A stretch of 64,000 nt of DNA from Candidatus Dojkabacteria bacterium (lineage in GTDB: Bacteria > Patescibacteriota > Dojkabacteria > J137). Within the stretch, counting starts at the first letter, position 1. Each line of letters starts with the position of its first letter. The position numbers and the translations under genes were made by a program. The DNA is taken from assembly GCA_041750555.1 (NCBI GenBank), contig JBGSZB010000029.1, forward strand, positions 672-64,671. Direction: 5' to 3'. A model generated the notes under the pieces. The model worked only from the letters and a program-made list of their open reading frames with translations, had not been told where the DNA came from and searched no databases. Shown piece after piece: positions 57,844-64,000 of this stretch.

Positions 57844-58971
57844 TCATTTATTAACCACGTTATACACCCTTATCTCCCTTGCTGTTTCACTTAAAACATT
57901 AAGTTCTATATGAAGATAATTTAAATTATTAAAAAACTCTTCATCTAAATTAAAAATTATACTAGCCCATTCAATAACTACTATATTATCTTTATTAAAC
58001 CAGTTATAGAAACCTAGTAATTTTAAATCCTCAATACTTTGAATCTTCCAACCATCAAAGTGTATTAATTTAATCTCTTTATTATTTAATGTACCCATAT
58101 ATTCATTAAAGTAATTATATGTAGGGGATTTAATAATTCTCTCAATATTTAAAGATTTAGCAACTCCTTTTGTAAAATGGGTTTTACCTGCACCTAATTC
58201 ACCATCTAGCAATATTAATTTAACATTATTATATGAATTATCTGTTTCCTCTTTGGCTTTACTAACTTTTAATATTTTTGAAGCTATATCTATAGTATCC
58301 GTAACACTATTAGAAATATATTTATTAACACTTTTAACATTTCTAGGATTAATTAACCCTTTCCTATATACAACTAAATCATCTCTTGATGAATCAATTA
58401 CAGTTGAAGGTGGATTTTTTGGTAATTCTCCTGCATCTATTACTAAATCTATTAACTCTTTATTCTTTTCTGGTAAGTGTTTAAAGATATCTTCTATTGT
58501 ATATGGAGTTGGTTTAGAACTTAAATTAGCAGAAGTAGAGGTAATAGGGAAACCAAACTCTGATATTAAATCTAATAATATACTATAGTTAGGTATTCTA
58601 ATTCCCAGAGTTCCTGCTTCACTTTCCAGTCTCTTATCAACCTTCCCCTTTGATTTAGAAACTACAGTTACAGGACCCGGCATAAATGTATCGTATATTT
58701 TTTTAGCACTTTCATTAATCTCTACATATTCACTTGCCATATGAATACTATCTACAGCAATAGATATCGCTTTACCTTCAGGGCGCTTTTTATATTCTAA
58801 TAGTTTAGTTACTGCATTTGAATTTCTAGCATCAACCCCAACACCATAACAAGTTTCTGTAGGGAATATTATTAATCCACCACTCTTTAATGTATTAACA
58901 GCTTCATTAATTAAATCACTAGTATAATTAGTATCACTTAAATTAACACTGTTAAGTTTTATTATTTTCAT
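57844..58971 (-). CDS. TsaC (YrdC/Sua5-N) - TsaE fusion, t6A tRNA modification
   Basis: FPTETCYG, KKRP, PGPVT, GIRIP, STSANLS, PSTVID (TsaC); GELGAGKT, SPTY, HFD, IEWA (TsaE). Confidence 0.92.
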   Translation of the reverse strand: MKIIKLNSVNLSDTNYTSDLINEAVNTLKSGGLIIFPTETCYGVGVDARNSNAVTKLLEYKKRPEGKAISIAVDSIHMASEYVEINESAKKIYDTFMPGPVTVVSKSKGKVDKRLESEAGTLGIRIPNYSILLDLISEFGFPITSTSANLSSKPTPYTIEDIFKHLPEKNKELIDLVIDAGELPKNPPSTVIDSSRDDLVVYRKGLINPRNVKSVNKYISNSVTDTIDIASKILKVSKAKEETDNSYNNVKLILLDGELGAGKTHFTKGVAKSLNIERIIKSPTYNYFNEYMGTLNNKEIKLIHFDGWKIQSIEDLKLLGFYNWFNKDNIVVIEWASIIFNLDEEFFNNLNYLHIELNVLSETAREIRVYNVVNK

Positions 58972-59070
58972 AAATGGATTATATCTAATTTTATATCTAT
59001 ATTAAAATTACATTCATTTACAAAATTAAGATCTAAACTTAAAATGTAATATATATGTTAAATTAAAGAT

Positions 59071-59358
59071 ATGAATGATTTCTTAAAAAAGTTAGTACTC
59101 TTTGGAGTTGGTAGTGTAGAATTAACTCGTGATGCAGTTACAAGTTTAGTAGAAGATTTAAAGAAAGAAGGAGCACTTGATAAAGAAGAAGGTAAGAAAT
59201 TAGTAAGAAAAGCATTTAAAGATTTAGAAAAGAATGCAAAAAAAGCTGAAAAGAGTGTAATGGAAGAACTTGATAAATTAGAAAAGAAAGAGAATAATCT
59301 TGAGAAAACTACAAAAACTAAGACTAGAAAGACAAAGGGCAAACTTGATAAAAAATAG
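59071..59358 (+). CDS. Phasin-like (PhaF/PhaI N-terminal type) helical protein
   Basis: KKLVLFGVG...T.....LVEDLKKEG.L...EGKKL pattern. Confidence 0.7.
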   Translation: MNDFLKKLVLFGVGSVELTRDAVTSLVEDLKKEGALDKEEGKKLVRKAFKDLEKNAKKAEKSVMEELDKLEKKENNLEKTTKTKTRKTKGKLDKK

Positions 59359-59391
59359 TTATATAATTTAGTAAAATTCTGTAACAACCTC

Positions 59392-59420
59392 TTTACAGGA
59401 TTTTGTTTCTATGTTATAAA
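59392..59420 (+). promoter_or_regulatory. Promoter for rpoBC
   Basis: TTTACA-N17-TATAAA with TG extension. Confidence 0.55.
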
Positions 59421-59506
59421 TCAATCACACTTTTAAATAAATTAATACCCGTTTTGATTAATAAATCTAAGATTTTCAACAAAATAAGAGTATTTTAAAG
59501 CAATAA

Positions 59507-59538
59507 GCGCACTATATCTTTATAGGTGCGCCTTTTTT
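59507..59538 (+). terminator. Terminator-like hairpin in the rpoB 5' leader
   Basis: GCGCAC-TATA-TCTT-TATA-G-GTGCGC followed by CTTTTTT, 18 nt before the rpoB ATG. Confidence 0.7.
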
Positions 59539-59556
59539 ATTTAATTAAATAAAAAT

Positions 59557-62500
59557 ATGTCAACAAAATCAAGAATCAACCTGACAAAAAATCCAGTTCC
59601 TCATATAGATATGGATTTTTTAGAAGCTCAAAAGAGCTTTTTCAGACAGTTTATGGAAGATGGATTTCAATCTTTATTTGAAGAGATAAATCCAATATCA
59701 GACTATACTAATAGTTCATGGGAGATTACATTAGAAGATGTTGACTGGGGAGAACCCAAAATCTCATTTAGAGACGCTCAATTACTTGGATTAACATACG
59801 ATGTTCCAGTTTTTGTAGATGTAAAATTACTTAACAAAAGAAGTGGAGAGATAAAAAAACAAAGAATTTATCTTTGTGATATGCCAATAATGAGTGATAG
59901 AGGATCATTTATGGTTAATGGTAATGAAAGAGTTGTAGTTTTTCAAATATTAAGAAGTGAGGGTGTTTTATTCTCTGAGGGTAAAAACTCTACACCTAAG
60001 AAAAGACTTTACTCAGTTAAATTAATGCCTCATAGAGGTAACTGGTACGAGTTTGAAATAAATAAATACGGAGTAATGAGTATTAAATTACTTCAAAAAA
60101 GACCTAGAATTTTATTAACTACATTAATGAGAGCCCTAGGTTACAGTTCAGATGCAGAAATTAAAAAAGCATTAGGTGGCTCAGATGAAGGAGAGATGAG
60201 TTTTATTGATGCAACATTAAAGAAAGATCCAACTAAGAATACAGAAGAAGCTTTAATTGATATCTATAGAAAATTAAGACCAGAAGATACAGTAACTGTA
60301 GAAAATGCTAAAGCTTTAATTGATAATATTTTCTTTAACAAAAGAAGATTTTACTTAGGAAAGATTGGTAGATACAAATTAAATAAAAAGTTAAAAATTA
60401 ATGAAGACTTTACAATAGATGACTACCTATTAAAGAAAAGAGATGTAATAGAAGTTATAAAGTGTTTACTTGAATTAAATCATGGTACAAGAAACCCAGA
60501 TGATATTGATAGTTTAAGTAATAGAAGAATAAGAGGTGTAAATGAATTAGTTGCAGAAAAATTAAGAGTAGGTGTTCTAATAATGGAGAAGAGTATTAGA
60601 GATAAGATGAGTACTTATTCTACAGATGAAAAAGTTACTCCTGCAATGATTGTAAATACAAGACCAATTATCTCAGCTGTTAAACAATTCTTTGGAAGTA
60701 GTGCTTTAATGAGATTCATGGACCAAGAAAATCCATTGAGTGAGTTAGAAGCAAAAAGAAAGATTTCAGCAGGAGGACCAAGAGGTTTAACTAAAGAGAG
60801 AGCAACATTCTCAGTTAGAGATGTACATAACTCTCATTACGCAAGATTATGTCCTGTAACTACTCCTGAAGGTCCATCAGTTGGTATGGTTAACCAAATG
60901 GCAATTTATACAAAAATTAATGAATTTGGATTTTTAGAATCACCTTACTATCCAGTTATTACTAAGTTTAATAAGGATAGTAAAGTTAAAGAATTTATAG
61001 GAAGAATCTTAGGCGAAGATATTAAAAGTGGAGGTAAAGTAATCGCTAAGAAAGGAAGTATTTTAAGTGAAGAATTAATTAAAAAGATAAATAAAGAGGT
61101 TAGTGAGTTTAGAGTAAATCCTTTTATAAACAAGGAAACTGTATATTTAGATGCTGACGAAGAGTTAACTCATAAGATAGCCAGCTCAAGTATACATACA
61201 GATGATAAAAACAATATTTTAGAAGAATACACATACGTTAGAGATGGACAAAACTATGTAAAGATCTCTACTAGTGATATTGATTTAATTGACGTTAGTC
61301 CAGCACAAATTGCAGGTATGGGACTATCATTAATTCCTTTTGCAGGAAATGATGACCCTAACAGAACATTAATTGGTGCTAAGACACAAAACCAAGCTAT
61401 ACCTTTAGTAAAACCACAGTCTCCAATTGTTGGAACTGGATTTGAAAGAGATGCTGCAAGAGCAACTGGAAGAACAGTATTTGCAGAAGAAGACGGTAAA
61501 GTTATTGCAGCTGATGGTAGTTTGTTAGTTGTACAATACAAAAATAATAAAAATAAAACAGAATATCCTATTGAGAAATTTGTTAGAACAAATCAGAACT
61601 CATCTTTTACTCAGATTCTAAGAGTATTACCTAATACTCAATTTAAAAAAGGAGATGTATTAATTGATGGTCCTGCAACAGAGAACGGAGAATTAGCATT
61701 AGGAGCTAATTTAAGAGTAGCTTACGTTGTTTATGATGGATACAACTTTGAAGATGGAATTGTAATTTCAGAAAGATTAGTTAGAGAAGATGTTTTAACA
61801 TCTGTTCATATTCATGAATTTTTACAAGAAGTTAGAGAAACAAAATTAGGCGATGAACAAATAACAGCAGATATACCTGGAGTTGGAGAATGGACATTAA
61901 GAAATTTAGACGAAGAAGGCGTTGTAAGAATTGGAGCATATGTTCAATCAAATGATGTTTTAGTTGGAATAATCGCTCCTAAGGGAGAAGCAGAATTAAC
62001 TGCTGAAGAAAAACTTTTAAGAGCAATCTTTGGTGAATATGCAAGAGATGTTAGAGATAACTCATTAAGAATGCCTCATGGAGAGCATGGAGTTGTAATA
62101 GGAGTACAAGTTTTAGATAGAAATAGTGGAGCTAAATTAAATGCAGGAGTTATTAAACAAGTTAAAGTATGGGTTGCAAAAACTCATAAGATATCAGTTG
62201 GAGATAAATTAACCGGTTTCCATGGAGATAAAGGCGTTATAACAAAGATTGTTCCTGACGCTGATATGCCATTTACAGAAGATGGAAAACCTGTAGATAT
62301 TGTATTAAACCCAATATCTATGATTAGAAGAATGAACTTAGGTCAGTTATTAGAAACACATATTGGTGAATTAGCACATAAATTAGGTGTAAAGGTTGAA
62401 GTTCAACCATTCTCAGAATATTCTAAAGATCCATTAGTAGAGTTAGCTAAAAAACAAGGATTAGAATATGTTGAAAAAGTTGATTTATACGATGGTAAAA

Positions 62501-63006
62501 GTGGAGAAAAGTATAATCAAAAAGTAACTGTTGGAATGAAGTATACATTTAAACTAGACCATTTGGCTGATCATAAAATACATGCAAGATCAACTGGACC
62601 ATATACTTTAGTTACTCAACAACCTTTAAGAGGTAAAGCTCAAAGAGGTGGTAGAAGATTTGGAGAAATGGAAGTTTGGGCTCTAGAAGCACATGGAGTA
62701 CCTAGCGTACTACACGAAATGTTAACAATTAAATCAGATGATGTTGTAGGTAGAGCTGCAGCATACAAAGCAATAATCTCAAGTCAAAAGATTACTGCTC
62801 CTAATGTACCAGAGTCATTTAATGTATTAGACAAAGAGTTAGCAGGACTTGGAATAAAGTTAGATAAGATAAATGCAGAATATGACCAAGAAAGAGGAGA
62901 AATGGCATTAGAAGAGATTGTTGACTCTATAGGTAACGGAGAAGTAGAAAAAAAACAAATTGAAAAAGTAGCTGAAACTATGTTGAATGAAGATTCATCA
63001 TTCTAA
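59557..63006 (+). CDS. rpoB: RNA polymerase beta subunit
   Basis: NGNERVVV, FMDQ.NPL, RDVH.SHY, TPEG, GYNFED, GDK, RMNLGQ, KIHARSTGPY, RFGEMEVWALE. Confidence 0.98.
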   Translation: MSTKSRINLTKNPVPHIDMDFLEAQKSFFRQFMEDGFQSLFEEINPISDYTNSSWEITLEDVDWGEPKISFRDAQLLGLTYDVPVFVDVKLLNKRSGEIKKQRIYLCDMPIMSDRGSFMVNGNERVVVFQILRSEGVLFSEGKNSTPKKRLYSVKLMPHRGNWYEFEINKYGVMSIKLLQKRPRILLTTLMRALGYSSDAEIKKALGGSDEGEMSFIDATLKKDPTKNTEEALIDIYRKLRPEDTVTVENAKALIDNIFFNKRRFYLGKIGRYKLNKKLKINEDFTIDDYLLKKRDVIEVIKCLLELNHGTRNPDDIDSLSNRRIRGVNELVAEKLRVGVLIMEKSIRDKMSTYSTDEKVTPAMIVNTRPIISAVKQFFGSSALMRFMDQENPLSELEAKRKISAGGPRGLTKERATFSVRDVHNSHYARLCPVTTPEGPSVGMVNQMAIYTKINEFGFLESPYYPVITKFNKDSKVKEFIGRILGEDIKSGGKVIAKKGSILSEELIKKINKEVSEFRVNPFINKETVYLDADEELTHKIASSSIHTDDKNNILEEYTYVRDGQNYVKISTSDIDLIDVSPAQIAGMGLSLIPFAGNDDPNRTLIGAKTQNQAIPLVKPQSPIVGTGFERDAARATGRTVFAEEDGKVIAADGSLLVVQYKNNKNKTEYPIEKFVRTNQNSSFTQILRVLPNTQFKKGDVLIDGPATENGELALGANLRVAYVVYDGYNFEDGIVISERLVREDVLTSVHIHEFLQEVRETKLGDEQITADIPGVGEWTLRNLDEEGVVRIGAYVQSNDVLVGIIAPKGEAELTAEEKLLRAIFGEYARDVRDNSLRMPHGEHGVVIGVQVLDRNSGAKLNAGVIKQVKVWVAKTHKISVGDKLTGFHGDKGVITKIVPDADMPFTEDGKPVDIVLNPISMIRRMNLGQLLETHIGELAHKLGVKVEVQPFSEYSKDPLVELAKKQGLEYVEKVDLYDGKSGEKYNQKVTVGMKYTFKLDHLADHKIHARSTGPYTLVTQQPLRGKAQRGGRRFGEMEVWALEAHGVPSVLHEMLTIKSDDVVGRAAAYKAIISSQKITAPNVPESFNVLDKELAGLGIKLDKINAEYDQERGEMALEEIVDSIGNGEVEKKQIEKVAETMLNEDSSF

Positions 63007-63035
63007 ATAATTTAATTTTAAGATCTTAAAAAATT

Positions 63036-64000
63036 ATGTTAAAAGATTTTAATGCAGTAAAGATTACGATATCGTCTCCTCAAGACATATTAAATATGTC
63101 ACATGGAGAAGTTACTAAGGCAGAGACTATTAACTATAGGACTTTTAAAGCTGAACCGGGAGGTTTAATGGCTGAAGAGATCTTTGGACCTACAAAAGAC
63201 TTTGAATGTTATTGTGGTAAATACAAGAAGGTTAGATACAAAGGAATAGTTTGTGATAGGTGTGGAGTTGAAGTTACTCATAAAAGAGTAAGAAGAGAGA
63301 GAATGGGTCATATTAAATTAGCTGCCCCAATAGCACACGTATGGTTTTCTAATGGTATTCCAAATAGATTATCCTTAATCTTAGATATACCTCAAAAGAA
63401 ATTAGAAACTGTTATTTACTATGCTAGATATGTTGTAACTAATGTAATAAACGAAGATAAAGATAAAGCTTTAGAAAGTTTAGAAGAGTATAAAAAGACT
63501 GAATTAGATGAATTAAACGTAGAATTAGATTCTAAAGTTAAAGAAGTTAAAGATAAATTTGAATTAGAAGCTGATGATATTAGAAAAGCAAATAAAGATA
63601 AGGCAAAAGCTGAATTACATTTAGAAAGAAATAGAAATAGTGAAAGATTAGAAATTGCTAGAGTTAAATCAGCATACAAACAAAGAGAAGATAACGTAGA
63701 CAAAAAATTTAGAGATATTAAATCTTTAATCGCAGACATGAGACTAGGTTCTACCTTATCTGAAGAGGAGTATCAATTACTTGATAATTACTCATTCTAT
63801 TTCTTTGAAGCAGGAATGGGTGCTGAAGCAATAAAGCAATTACTTGAAAAAATGAATATCTCTGAAGAGATTGAAAGAATTGAAGAAGAGAAATTAATTA
63901 GTAGATCAGCACTTAAAAGAGCAAGATTAGTACAAAGATTAAGAATACTTAAAGGATTAAAGAAATCAGGAGTAAATCCATCATGGATAATCTTTGATGT
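63036..64000 (+). CDS. rpoC: RNA polymerase beta' subunit (5' part; runs off window end)
   Basis: Manual translation [15 protein letters not shown]...[13 protein letters not shown]...[16 protein letters not shown]...CDRCGVEVT...RRERMGHI; not in ORF track. Confidence 0.97.
   Translation, partial: MLKDFNAVKITISSPQDILNMSHGEVTKAETINYRTFKAEPGGLMAEEIFGPTKDFECYCGKYKKVRYKGIVCDRCGVEVTHKRVRRERMGHIKLAAPIAHVWFSNGIPNRLSLILDIPQKKLETVIYYARYVVTNVINEDKDKALESLEEYKKTELDELNVELDSKVKEVKDKFELEADDIRKANKDKAKAELHLERNRNSERLEIARVKSAYKQREDNVDKKFRDIKSLIADMRLGSTLSEEEYQLLDNYSFYFFEAGMGAEAIKQLLEKMNISEEIERIEEEKLISRSALKRARLVQRLRILKGLKKSGVNPSWIIFD

Noticed and set aside
9880-63739. Short ORF-track entries antisense to or nested in long genes (9880, 17969, 18312, 21022, 30699, 32359, 32716, 38670, 42351, 42713, 46219, 48864, 49725, 50016, 51753, 53438, 58253, 59058, 60948, 61254, 63419)
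   Set aside because: They overlap well-supported genes on the opposite strand, have the F/L/S/I-rich composition typical of antisense frames, and show no motifs.
1-64000. Alternative genetic code (TGA = Gly or Trp, as in Gracilibacteria/Absconditabacteria)
   Set aside because: Conserved genes are uninterrupted under code 11, and TGA ends genes at expected positions (32301, 41638, 51639, 57844).

Overview
Very AT-rich bacterial chromosomal segment using genetic code 11 (TGA is a stop). Gene content suggests a reduced Patescibacteria/CPR genome; this is inferred from the short IF-2, trigger factor without a PPIase domain, PsbP-like and cohesin surface proteins, and no evident Shine-Dalgarno sites. 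It contains: partial infB; the infA-rpmJ-rpsM-rpsK-rpsD-rpoA-rplQ-rplM-rpsI operon (rpmJ is missing from the ORF track); a ~24 kb surface-glycan locus (GT2/GT4/GT-C-like, UbiA+PAP2, GtrA, ManC, nucleotide-sugar dehydrogenase, Wzm/Wzt, AsnB, methyltransferases); a 1205-aa amidase-subtilase-beta-propeller surface protein; hisS, rpe, sufU-like, hup, recJ, recA, recF, tig, trpS, a tsaC-tsaE fusion, rpoB and partial rpoC. The most notable unannotated signals are: (1) probably leaderless amino-acid-sensing leader peptides upstream of both aminoacyl-tRNA synthetase genes, a His-His leader with a complete 1:2/2:3/3:4 attenuator before hisS and a related Trp leader before trpS; (2) five scattered orphan soluble proteins that all end in E-[A/S/G]-COOH, a candidate targeting or secretion tag; (3) an 11-bp-period TGTAA direct repeat at several promoters including recA; (4) RpoB with a heavily rewritten rifamycin pocket and altered active-centre motifs; (5) bL36 with a ~12-aa insertion. 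No CRISPR, tRNA, rRNA or IS element was recognised.
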